Of a DNA stretch of 64,000 bases, positions 10,888 through 23,399 are shown piece after piece. Within the stretch, counting starts at the first letter, position 1. Every line of letters begins with the position of its first letter. The position numbers and the translations under genes are program-made. The stretch spans positions 2,790,001-2,854,000 of the forward strand of contig JAYWIR010000020.1 of the NCBI GenBank assembly GCA_036172245.1. Reading direction: 5' to 3'. The stretch comes from Raillietiella orientalis. Lineage: Eukaryota. Under the pieces are notes generated by a model. That model had not been told where the DNA came from. It saw nothing but the letters and a program-made list of their open reading frames with translations, and ran no database searches.

Positions 10888-13800
10888 CTTTCTTCCTTTC
10901 TTCGATTCGAGGACTACTGCAACATTTCAGCGCTCTTCGGCGGAAGAACTCCCGATGCAGAAGACTTCCTCGTGCTGCTGAGCAACAACTCGAAAAACCC
11001 CAAAAAAAGGAAAGAAAAAAAAGAGCGAAACTCCTTTAACGTTCACAAACAGGCAAAACTTCAACTGCAAGGACTACCATCGGTAAATGTCGCTGAGAAA
11101 GCTCGACGTGCACAACACTTTCAAACACGTGTTTTTTCTAATCCATGAAAAGAGCACTCGAACGATGGAAGGGCACTGCTAATCGAAAAGAAATGGTCAC
11201 CAGCGACTGGAATGGTCCAGGGGTTCTATCCGCTACTTCCTGATATTTCGACCAATTTGATACTGATCAATGTTTTCTCGAATTAATGAAGGAAGTGGAG
11301 GCCTTTGTTGATATGACAACGGATCGATCGCCGTGCACCCGAGCAGATCTTCGACAATTCCGAAAACGGGAGCCAAGCTGCGGCCGTCGTCATGGCATCA
11401 CATCGTTTCTCCCTAGGATGCAGCGCGTGCCACTGCGTCCATCGAAGGCTCGCACTCAAATTCCTGTGCAAAAACGCAAATCTGCTCTCTGGGAGGAATC
11501 AATTAGTCGGCTTCACAATCCATCGCAATGGCGAGGGAGGGGAAGAGGGGGCGAGGGGGGGGGGTAAGAGAGGGGAGGGGAGGGAAGGGAGGAGAGAAAA
11601 AAAAAAAAATCGCTTTGCATGCAGCACGAAACAGATGCGAGCAGAGGCGATCCACCACTCATCGCTCGCAGCTCTCGCACCGCACTGCAGGCAGGCAGGT
11701 AGATCGCCGCCGCCTCCGCCGCCGTGCGATGAGCCGACCGTAAAGACCGCGCGCGGAATTGTTGCAGCTTTCCGTTGCGCTGGTAACGGAAACTGCAGCC
11801 TAGCCAAACAGTACGTGGTGGATGCGGCGAATCGCCATGTTGAAAATTATGCCGATGAAACGCGCGCAACTTTCTTGTTTCTGGTTTTACCCACGGCCCC
11901 CCCCCCTCATCTCGACCTACGGATTTAGCTAGAATTTCGCGTGGACGTCCTTCTTGGTCAGCGCACGACAGTTTTCCAGAGAACAACCTGCCGATTCATT
12001 CGTCTGAGTCACACTTCCTCTTCCCTTTCTCGTGCATAGGGATGCCCGCAACCTAGCGGATGTCCTCATGACAGATTTGATTTGGAATCATCGTTCTGCG
12101 AAAGGAAATATCTGTGCTGCTGCAAATGATGTTTCCCAATGATGACTCACGCGAAATGATACGCACGCGCCTACCCGCGAACCGCAAACATTTGCAGGGT
12201 TGCTCAGTTCCAGCCAACAGCTTCTTCAAAACGAATTTTTCTCTTTATTGCCAGAAAGTAGCCATCACGTATAATCTGTTCAGTCCAGCTGCCGAAACGG
12301 AGTGTATTTTATTTTTCTCTCTCTCTCCAAATCTGCACCATAATATCTGCCTTTTTTTTTTTCTTCTTCCAATGTTCATTTTTTCCAAAGTCTCTCGAAT
12401 GCATCGCAGTTACAACCAGTGTTCAGAGCCAGATGCTCAAAGATTTTTTTTTACTGCATCCGAGTTTGATCGAATGCCTATAAAGCTGCATAAAGGAAAA
12501 TAAAAAGGCACAAATTTATGAGTTTTGCGGCTGGCGTCATATTAATCAAAAAGCACTCATACATCACATTACTCGCACGAGCATTTTAATCTTGGGTTCA
12601 TCTTTTGTCATTCACTTGAAATACTTTCCGTGTCACCAGTTTTCGGTCTTCCTCCGTCAATTATGGCTAGGAATCAGATGACTTGTTAAAACTAAGATAT
12701 CTAAAAGTGAAAAGAATATCCAACACAGCGTGGAGTTCCTCCAGAACAGACGACATTTTTTTTTTTTTGCATTCAATTATCTGTCAGGTCCTCGTGTAAC
12801 AGAAATTTTTTTGATGTGCAGCCTTCCTTTTCATCTTGGAGATCTTTCCATTTTCATCCCGTTTGAAAATCCGAGTTTGCTCTCATCATGTTTTGCGTCC
12901 CGTGTTGTTTTCCAATCCCCTCCCCCCCTCCCCAGATGCTTGCGGTGAGAAGATGAAACTTTGAAATCCTGAGATCTCGTTCTCCTCTTTAGAGAAAAAT
13001 TTTCAGCATTTTTTTGAGAGTGACGACTAAGCTCGTGCTGATCACCTATAATGCAAATCATTGCCAGAAACAGTAATTGCCATCATGGTGGAATAATTGC
13101 AGCCTGTGTGGTTCCTCCAACAACTGTAATCAAGGGAAGGCAGCAGAGCGAAAAATCAGCACAGGGAACCGTACGGTAAATCCGTACGGCTTCGATCTTT
13201 TTTGGGGAACCATAACAGGATTCGAACGACCTTGTGCCATCATCTATCGAATTCTCCGAGGACAGTCCCTCAGCGACCTCCTCCAGCATTAGCCTCGCTG
13301 ATGCCCTCCCCTTGCGAATAAGGGTAATTCCTTTTCGCATGCAGAAACACATGCGTGCTGTACATCTTTGCTCGTACGATGTACGCAATGCTTGCCGATA
13401 TAAGGTTGCATTCGCGGTTACCCTTTACACATGCTTCATGGTGGTTGCTTGATTTCATTTTAATCGAGATGCATAAAATTAGGAGCCCCACATCGGCTAT
13501 TGATTTCATTCTTATTTGCTGTTTTTCTCTCTCACTGTTTTTTTTGTTTTGCCCATCCATTCAATTTACGTAATAGATGTTTGACCATTTGGTGTCAATA
13601 GCTCATGGAAGTATCGCTTTTCTATTGTAGTCCAGGAACTTTCCAATTCATGAATGTGACGGTTAACTAATAGAAAACCACTGGTGCATTTCTAACGAGT
13701 TTTTAATATTCACCTTTAGGAATATTTCTTCCCCCCACGTTGCCGAGGAATCTCAGCAGCTTCGAGGTCTGAATGCATCGATCACCCGTCAGAAGTCTGT

Positions 13801-16157
13801 CAGTTATTATTCTTTCAATAAAATGCATGATACTCGTTCCCCCATTCTGACACTCGGTCAGGTCTGACCCCTATTGGAAAAACTCCTTCAGGGAAACTTT
13901 CTGTGCTTCTCTTTCCCTGCTTCATTCTCTCGTTCAATAGCTCGTTCTATTCGTACCAGAAGGAAGCCCAGCAAACTGATTTACAAGTTTCCTTTCAATT
14001 CATTCCTCAGCGTCGTTGCGAGAAGCTCGGATTCGGGAACGAATCGCTCCAGGTAGTTTTGAAAGGATCCGAGATAAATCGAGGAATATGGGAAGGAAGA
14101 AAAAAGGATCCATGCTTAATTGCTGGTTTCCTTAATTGCAGGTTCAGAGAAGTAGAAATTCAACGAGTTCCTCACATGGAAATGTACATGGGTTACTTTA
14201 TTTATCGACTTGTTCGTACCACCGACGTTTCGGATCTGTTTCTGACTAGCATTCCTCCCTTAGAGAATCTGTGAAAGGTTTTCCGGGGACTGTTATGTCC
14301 TTTTCTGCTTCGGGAGTTCGAGGGAACCACAGGCTCACTGTGTCATGCGCGTTCTCAAGCAAATCGCCTTTTTTTTTTTTCCTCCTAATCATTGAATTCA
14401 CAGCCACTAAGAGCAATTGCAATGACTTTTGTTCCCATATATACATAGGCATATGCTTTTTTTCCCCCTAAAGGCATTTTCTCTCAAGAGTGTGCTTACA
14501 TTTCATCACAGAGACATGCACGTTTTCCTGGAACGCACTCAAGATTTCTGCATGATGGTGTATGGCAAACTATTAGAATGGAAGCCTCTTCCACTTTTTC
14601 TGACCCCTCCCCCCTCCAAAAAAAAGAGTTCACTGAGATGCTCTACAATTAAATTTTCCCGGTCCAGGTTCTTTCCCAAACATTCGTGCATCCTTGGTCT
14701 GTCAAGAGACGGCCCGAGATGGCTCTGACTTGCCATCAGATGCACGTGCTCACATCAGTGAATTCGGCTCACATTCACATCACGTAAAATTCGTTCCTCA
14801 TTAAAATAGGTTCGGTGAAATTGGCGCTGGCCAGTCACAGCCTCTGTGACCGGGCTTCGATTTCCTTTCCTGCTTTGCATATGTGGAGGTGAACTGGTGA
14901 AACCAGAGAACTGTGTCGCGGTTGACCCATTTCCAAGACAACGCCCAGGCTCCTGCCGCGTGTTAACCCGGGCTTGAAACGCGAGTTCCTGCTTCAAGTC
15001 TTGCAACCCTGAAGCCACACGGATGTTGTCCACTTCCGCACAAGACGGCTGCATTTTCGAAGGCTGAAGATTTTTTTTTTTTTTTTTCTCTGTTATTGGC
15101 GTTAGAAAGAAGGCTCGTCCGAGATCACGGGTTCGTCAGATGTAAGTGATTGGCAAGGGGGCTCTAAAAGAACGGTCGGGACGAGAAAATACGGGGGCTG
15201 CCAACAAAACAGAGGGAGACAGGCGCAAAGATAGCGTTAGGCATTTCCTCTGCCCTTTCTGATGGCAAACGGGTTAACGTGGACCTGCTGCACGCCTTGC
15301 GCTTCGTTACAGCCTGCTGGACGCGCAGCACTGCATCCCGTAATGAGATTCAAGACGGGTTTCGGCCGTCATTAGTCCGGTTTTGCTTCCGAGATGCAGT
15401 GCAATTTCCATTAACCCATATTCTTCCTTTCCTTTGAAAAGGTCTCTAAGGAGGAGAAAAAAAAAAAAACAAAAATAAAACCTGGCACACGAATCGTTGC
15501 GAACGAAGAAGATTTCTGTTCCGTCTCTTCCCTTTTGACAGAGATCGTGTCTCGGACGAACAACAACAAAAAAAAGCAAGGCTTCCAGGTATCTGCGAAC
15601 GGCTTTGGATATCCGAAAGTAGGTGCTGACCGTGCCGCTGACCAACTACTGTTTTCTCAAGAGCAGAGAGCATCTGCTTAAGAGAGGTTTGTGGCTGCCG
15701 TTCCTATCCCAATCTGCGCGTTCAGAGTTTGGTGTTTACCGCTTCTGCACAAACCGCTTCTTTCAGTGGGTCCACGCCATGCGGGAAGAATGGAAATCGC
15801 CTCCCCCTCCCCCCCTTTCCTCCCCTTCTTATTCGATTCAAGGCTGTTGATTTCTGTAAACACGTGCGCGTGTTCCTCTTGCTCCTCCCCATGAAGTTGG
15901 CGCCTCGTGCGCCGCCACTTGCCTCTCCTGCGATCTTTCGCCTCGAGTTTGTGGTGTCGAATCGCAAGGGATCTTCAGCCGTGCACCAACCGGTGAGGAA
16001 AACAGGGGTTGCTGCGGACACGCAGGGAACGGAAGAGGAATGCGTGTGTTTGTGTGTTTCCGACGGTGTTGGCGGTTGGTTTGTCGCTCGCAAGTCCTCT
16101 TCCACCTGCCGCCAGTCTGAAAATCTCTCTCTCTATGTACATACATACATAGTGTGC

Positions 16158-16706
16158 ACTCCCGTGTAACGCGCTCCCTTATAACGCGAAATCGTGTAAC
16201 GTGACGGCAAAAATTGCGGCGAATACTCATACAACGCGATAAACAGTCCCGTATAACGCGTATTTGCATCTTGACATGCCTTTCGACTTTTTGCTTAGAA
16301 ACGCAATATGCGTACACTTGCCCGTTGTTTATATATACACGGGGAAGCTAATAGTTATAAAAGATGTAAAGGTTTATCCAAAAACTGAAGTACACATTTA
16401 AAGATATAAGGGGAAAATATTTGTATTCAAAAATAAAAATGCTTCACAATTTCGCATCTATTTACTATCGGAAGTATCCACAAATGAGTCCCAACGACAT
16501 CGTCTCTTTCATATTGGCTGTACAGATTCATCGCTTCGAGAGTCCATAGTCTGCGCTTTATCATTATCGTTATTGGAAAACAATTCTTTTTCCAGATCAC
16601 TTGTGGCTTGCAAATACGGACATGTCTAAACAACATCTGACAATGCATGTCTCGTACAACGCGGTTTGCTATAACGTGGAATGTATCCCCCGCGTTATAC
16701 GGGAGT
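16158..16706. mobile_element. Non-autonomous DNA transposon (MITE), pogo/Tigger-like; exact ends uncertain by about 10 nt
   Basis: Terminal inverted match ACTCCCGTGTAACGCG (16158-16173) / CGCGTTATACGGGAGT (16691-16706); several subterminal copies of CGTATAACGCG; AT-rich interior; related copy at 45401-45863. Confidence 0.7.
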
Positions 16707-19575
16707 TATACAGGATATGTATATATATGTACAGTAAACAGGTGTGTATGTGTGTGTAAGATAAGAAAACTCCGGTTCGTTCTTTTGCAATCGGAATTTC
16801 TGTTCTGATGGGGACAAGGAAATCGCAGCCCGGTGGCATTCGCGGAAGGCGACGTGTGTTGTCCTCTTGAGAGGCGACTGAGAGATATCGCATCCCGGTT
16901 TCCTTTCCAGACGGGAAGTGCTTCTTCCGGAGGGGAGAGGGGGGGGGAACTTCGCACGGTCAGAGGTGCCAAGGGATCCTCTTTTGATATCGCGGCGTGC
17001 TCGCGTGTGTGTTTCCCGCTTTCCTCTCCGGACTGAGCGAGGCGTCCCAGGATCAGCTTCGCTCACACCTCCTGAGACGCAGGCGGTTCCGAGAGCTGTT
17101 GGCCTTCCCCTGAGCGGGACGTCCGGGAGTTCCGGTGGTGTTGCCTCGGAGAGCGAACCGTTGCGGGGAAGGGGTGTCGAGCGGGGGTGGAGGCGCACTG
17201 CCCGGCTCCGGCGGCCGCGCGGCTGAGGAGTCTCCCCGCTCGCCGACCTCCCCGGGTCCTTCCAGGACCCTATTGGGACCCCCTCCGACTGGGAAAAGGA
17301 AACAAGGGCAAATGGCGAGGACAGACCGCGGTTCTTTCGGAGTGAGCGAGCGCTTTACGTCCCGGCAGCTCGACGTTTAGCCATCGAAATGACGGTGGCG
17401 AAGTCTCTTTTCCGTCGAGCGCGAAACAGAAAAGGATAAGGGGGATGCGGCGAGCACCAGGATCACCAGCGGAGGCATCAAATTCGTTCCGGTGAAAGTT
17501 CGGGGCATTCTATTTTTACGCATTCTCATTAGTTTTCCAGCTCGCTCCGGAATGGAACTTTCTCGATGTTTATGAATGCAGTTGTGATGAGGAGGATGCC
17601 AAGATGTACGTGAATAACAGTTTTATTATTTTTTTTCTCTTTTGCCTGAGGTCTCTTCCTCTCTCTCTCTCTCGGTCAAGAGGAATACGACAGTCGTTAG
17701 TGTCAGTTTTGCAGAGGTCAAAAGGTTATTGATTTGCTTGTTTTTCGGATGTTCGAGCAACGCAATCTGCTTTGATTGCGCATTGTAATCGAGACAGATG
17801 TTTCCAAGGGGAACGCTATCCTCCTGAAGTTTCTGGCAAATGGTGGTCAGAGCTTCTGTGGTGCGAACCGAGGATCACGTGCGACGCAGATAGGATGCAG
17901 CCGCCTCTGCGCTTTCGGGATGCACTGTGGCTGCATCCTGCATCTCCGATCCGTCTCAAGGAATCTGTTTTTCCTAACACGGATGTACTTCTTTCTTTCT
18001 TTCTTTCTAGGATTTGCGATTGCCAATGGCTCTCGTGCTTGACCACGCGCTGAGTACGAAGCAATGCAGGTTGATCTCGGAGGCTCCCTCGGCGTTCGGC
18101 TGAATTCGGAACGGCACGGAGGCCAGCTGCGGCGAGAGAGTCTTGCAGAATTTTGGCTTTGGTCCACTCTAACGGTCAACCCCTCAACTGAGGTCACGAG
18201 ATCGCCTTCGTCGCGGAAGATTGCGCGAACTCCCGAATGGATTTTTTTTTTTTTCCACAAGTTGAGCAAAATGCAATCAAACGAAAGAATGCAGCTTGGT
18301 CCAGGGCTGATTCCCATTTCGGGGACGTAGTTGCACGACTCCTGCTAATGGGAACGTGAACGTGAGGGCCTTTCGCCACGCGTGCGCAGCAATTAAGGAA
18401 AGAGAAACTCTTCCGTGTGCTACGCGGACGCGTTTTCCAGTTTCACAGATTTCTACAAAGTAGCGAACCGGATCGGTCAGAAATTTGGCAAGCGAGTGAC
18501 GTGGATGTCAATGAAAGCAACCAGCACGCCTTCCCTTGGTGGTGGTACCTTCTCTGGTAATCAATGAATTTCTTTCTTTCTTTTTTCCAGAAATTCCATG
18601 GAGGTTGCGGTGTTTCGATGTTGACAAGTGAACCATGCAGTCCTTAAGAAGTTAGAATACACACATGCATATAGGTTTAGGGTTAGAATATTCTGGACCA
18701 GAGACAGGGCATCTTCATTTATCCCGGGGAGAAGTTTGATTGCTCTGAGTTTGATTACCCGATGATCTTGAGAATCTTGGGCAGCATACGCGCCCAAGAT
18801 TCTCAAGTGCGCGGTGCTGAAGACACTACTCCATGGTTCCCACCTCTACCATCAAAGCACGCATTTGCCAGTGCCACTTTTCCTGCCGAAAGCCGGAAAT
18901 CCCGATGCAGCACCAACTGAGATCTTTTGACATTTTTCGTGGGCCTGCATTCTTACATTACTTTACATTTCTTACGTTGTAAATGACGCCCCCATCTTGG
19001 ACCTCTAGAGCGATTCTGAGGTAGCTCTTTCCATTTCTAACTATTCCTTTCTTTTCTTGTGTGTGCTTCATGCAGCACGATACGATGCTCCACGTGGAAG
19101 AACACACAATAAAACCATCGTGGGCAATTGGAAGTAACGATAGCAACAATCAATTGCGTTTGAAAACACCCACCATTTTAACGTGTGTCTTCGAATGCAA
19201 TTTAGCATTGAGGACGTAATTGATTTCCGGCAGCAAAATTTTGTTGAAAGATTCTTACGAAGCGACAGATCGGGCAACGGAAAGCCATCTTGTTGCCGTG
19301 TCGTTTATTTAAGGGAACTTTGCGTGGAGTTGCCCGAAAGTTGCGATCTTTGAGTATTCGTTAAGCCTGCTCATTCCGAAGAAGCATCCGCAAAACACCG
19401 ATAAATTTCGCCCTCAGATTGTAACCAAATAGCAAGCAAGAAATGATGGCCACAGAGGCCATCATTTCGAAGGAAGGAATCTGAAACAAGGAGACAAAGA
19501 AAATAACAGGTTTTTTCTCCGTGAGAGTTTGAAGCCACGGGAAAAGCCAAGAAAGAACACTCCCAGTTTGAAGGA

Positions 19576-19626
19576 GACGTATCTAAGGAGGAGATATCTA
19601 AGGACGTATCTAAGGAAGTATCCAGG
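19576..19626. repeat. Short tandem repeat, four units of about GACGTATCTAAG
   Basis: gacgtatctaag / gaggagatatctaag / gacgtatctaag / gaagtatccagg. Confidence 0.8.
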
Positions 19627-22600
19627 GAGGAAAGCATGATTGCAAGAAACTTTCAAAACCCGCCACGTGTGTGCCTCATTTAGCCGTTCTTCTTGAACAC
19701 GTCTGTTGCTTCTTTGCAGCAGCTGTTGCCATTTTGCCTCTTTCACATTCGAGAACGTTGGTTGGCTTACCGTTCCTCATCGAACCGCAACAGCACTCAT
19801 CTTACTAGAATGGTAAATTTTAAAGACCTACGAGATGCAAATTCTCGTAGGTCTTTCCTTTCTTGCTTCCAGACTCGCTTGCTTCCTTGACTTGCGCTTT
19901 GTTCTTTTTCTTCGATTTGAAAATCGGGAACAGATGAAGAATATTAGCAACCGAAGAAGGTGAAACGATCTTGAATGATGATGCTGGGGAAGGGGAAGGG
20001 GGGGGGGGGGGGGAGGGATACCGACGTTTTTATTTTCTTCTTGCGTTTGATCTGATCGTTTTGTTCTCCCTGTGGAAAAGCAGATCATTATGAATACGAA
20101 GTGAGAAGAACCAAGGATACCAAGATTTTTGCGGGGCCGCGTGAACTCTTCCGGAAACGCGTTCGGCTGCCGGAACTTTCCATGCCCGCGTTCATGCTCA
20201 TGTGTCTTGCGCCGGAATTTTCCCAAACCTTTTCCAGATTCAGGGACCCATGCACGTAATCACGCGCCGAAGGGACGAATGTGCGATTCTGAGTCCAGTT
20301 ACGAGCAGAAAGCATCAAGAGCTGTTTGCCTGTTGACATTTCCTGGTTGAAATCCTCGGTTGGCACACCTGAGTTGGATAGCCTTGCGAGGTGCTCCACG
20401 TAGAAATAATAAAAAGCGGAAAAGTCAGCCCTATTCTAAAGCAGGTGTGTGAGGGACGTGCGAGTTTCTGAAAAGAAAAGGGGAATACTGGAGCATTTTT
20501 CCATTCGATTTTTTTCAAGAGAGAAAAGGCAGCCAGATGACAGTGATGCATAGCCAGTCACTCGGAAATCTGATTGATTCCGTGTGTGCTTATGTCATAT
20601 CAGGAGTGAAGCGAGAATCGTTGAGGAGACTGCTGCACTGGTTTCCATGGTCACGGGCTACTTACATCGCTTCAGAAAGCGAAGACATGATCGATTCTTA
20701 CTCATTTTTCTCTGCAAACAACCTGTTTGCATTTCGTCTTAAAGAGCTGGAGCATAGGGTAATTATGCGAAAAAGAACCAGTTTAAAGAGTCGCTGTCGT
20801 GAGCATTGCAAAACTGATGAAGATTAATGCAATATCTGGCACACAGGCCCTCGTATTGGTATGAAAAAGCTTTTCTTGTCATTACGGATACGGCCTCATT
20901 ATCTTAGGTGCTTTTCGACGCAGGAAAAAAACCAGCAACTGACACTTTCGCTAATGCGGCGAAAGTGTCAGTTGAGTCGGCTCTTGTATGCTGTGTCTTT
21001 GGTAGGAAGTCGATCCTTCATTAGGTTGATCATAACATCTTTCACTTGTGTGGTGATTCGTAAAGAGTTTCCGGTACCTGGAGCGGAAGGTAATTTTCCA
21101 ATTGCATAAAAGGATAATAACTCCACGTTCATAAGAAGGTATCACATCTTATTAAAACTGGTCAAGGAAGTTGCCTATCGGTCAGCATATCCCTGACCGA
21201 TAGGCAGCAACATTAACGGAAAGTATCAATCTTCGTGAGCAAACGTTTCTTCTCGTGCCAACGTCGTGCTTTTGCGCTCGAGGCTCGTTGGTGACGGGTT
21301 GTGGCTCGCGGAAAGACTGCTACTTTAGAGCTGACGTGTGGAAAATTTTGGGTGGCTCAAAGTCATTTGATTCCGTGCAGCTGGATCATCGTACTGCTAA
21401 AATATCACATCCTCAGAACTACTGGTCGCTTATCTATGGAGATGATCTGCTTCCAAAGGCAACAACCACACACACACAAGCGTGTGCAACGACCTGATGG
21501 ACAACTTTCAATTTAAAAGCATTAGTCGACGAAGACGATTGATGATGACGCATCATTAGCTAATGGGCAGGGGCTTCCTAGTCAGTCATTCCAGTTATCG
21601 TTACTGTGCCACTGTTATAGAGCCACGATCACATTATCTGGAAAATCTGTCAATGAGGATGTTTCGAATGTTCACAAGCAGTCACACAGGGGAACGTAAT
21701 CATGAACCCTGACAAAGTGCATCTCAGCATCCCAAGACGAAAATATCCAGAATTTTTCTCCCTTTTCGGGCGCTCTTCTGTCCTCCTTCATCTCAGAGTC
21801 GAAAAGGGGATTCCTTGTTTCAGGCACATGTTTGCTTGCCAGCCAACCAAAAATGGACAAATGTGGTCTTCGACCAAAAAGAATCGCAACCACAATTTCT
21901 GCATCCACCACGACGGGAATCCATTCGATCACGAAACACTGTAAGAAACCAAAAATTGTAAGGTGCATGGAAGTAATTCAATCAGTCGAGAAGCTGATGA
22001 TGCTGTAGGTGGTGATGTTGATGCACTGATTTTTCTACATCTTTCGGTAGGCAGCTATGTTTTGCAGTGGAGCTAGAAAAAAAAACTAAAGCAACGGAAA
22101 CCATGGACTAATCTCATTGGCTGGACAGTCTGTTTTGTCACACCTTCGAGGACAGATTCAAGAAAATTCGTCCAGCCAGTTAACCGTACGAGATATTTTG
22201 AAAATTACAAGCAGCAAAAAGCTCATCAGGTGGCTGTTCAGACAAGCGTAAGCAATCTTTAGTTATGAAGAATGAGTGCACGTAGAAAGGAAAATCCAAG
22301 GATAAAGTAAAAAGCAGCTACACGAGCAGGATTCGAAATGAGGACACGAGGGCAGGCTATACACTCGAAGCTCGCCAAAATGACGCTCCGTCCCTTTTAC
22401 TACCCTACAAAGTCCACGATCACATCAACTTTGCCAATGTGGGAAAAGCTGAGAACGCTTTTAGAGACGACAGCATTTCTTTTTCTAAAAGCGAAAGCTT
22501 GGTCCTCGAGATTCGACCCAGCTTACAAGGAGCTTCGTTCTCGACATCAGTCGAGAATTCATTTGAAGATGGATGCGCTTCTCCGCGAGTTGTGTACATG

Positions 22601-23399
22601 AGCAGAAGCAGGCATCCAAGTACGAAAAATCATCATGACCTTGATTTTTCGTACTTCGATGGCTGCTTCTGGTAATGTCTGGCACCCAGGTCCACCTTTC
22701 GGATCCAATAGCTTCTTGGACCTTTGAAAGAACTCTGAATCTCCCAGACGTTTGGAGTCGCAAATCGACGGTAGCAGGTAAGCCGATTCTACAAACAGAT
22801 CGGTCCATCTACTATTTCTAGAATTCGCAAGAGATACATCCATTACATAGAACCCCGGCTCCCAGCTCTGGAGTGGAAAGACTTCCTGGAATAGACAAAA
22901 GCCGGGGAGGGACTAAATTCCGGCTAGTGAACGTCATCGTGGGGGATCACGGTCCCTGACATGGTACGCCATTCAAGCGAGAGGTCCTTCCGCGGAACAT
23001 CGGTTTCTTGCACAACGCAGAGTTTGCTCGCACCATCCAGCCTTCGGAGCAAAGGAGCTCTCTTCAGGAAGGGGAGTGTAGTTTCGAAACCAAAAATCAC
23101 AAGAGGGGAGGGGGAGAGGAGTCGAAATCCACGACGTCCCTTCCGCCCTATTGAGGGACGAGCTGGAGGTTCCGAACCGGAAGCTCGAATGTCGGCAGTC
23201 TCAAAGAGCAGGCGACTTTACCATGCACGGAGGAACGCAGTCATTTAGAGCTGACGATGCCTTGGGTCGACCAGCCAAACTTCGGCCTGTTTATGGCGGT
23301 TCCCGAGTGATCTGTAGAAAGCTCTGCAGAGAGGGGATGCCATCCGGAATCTTCCGGCCGTGGAACGAGTGCTTGACTTTTCGCCCAGGTCAGGTTCTT

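Noticed and set aside
14968..14983. 16-mer CGCGTTTCAAGCCCGG matching ~31496-31511 in inverted orientation
   Set aside because: About one such match is expected by chance in 64 kb, and it does not extend.
18673..18686. GGTTTAGGGTTAG telomere-like motif
   Set aside because: Only about two units; expected by chance.
18781..18791. GCAGCATACGC shared between a hairpin loop and the U6 5' flank (48419-48429)
   Set aside because: An 11-mer match is unremarkable given the number of comparisons made.
19576..19626. Short direct repeats considered as a CRISPR-like array
   Set aside because: Units are adjacent 12-15-mers without unique spacers, in a eukaryotic context with no cas genes.
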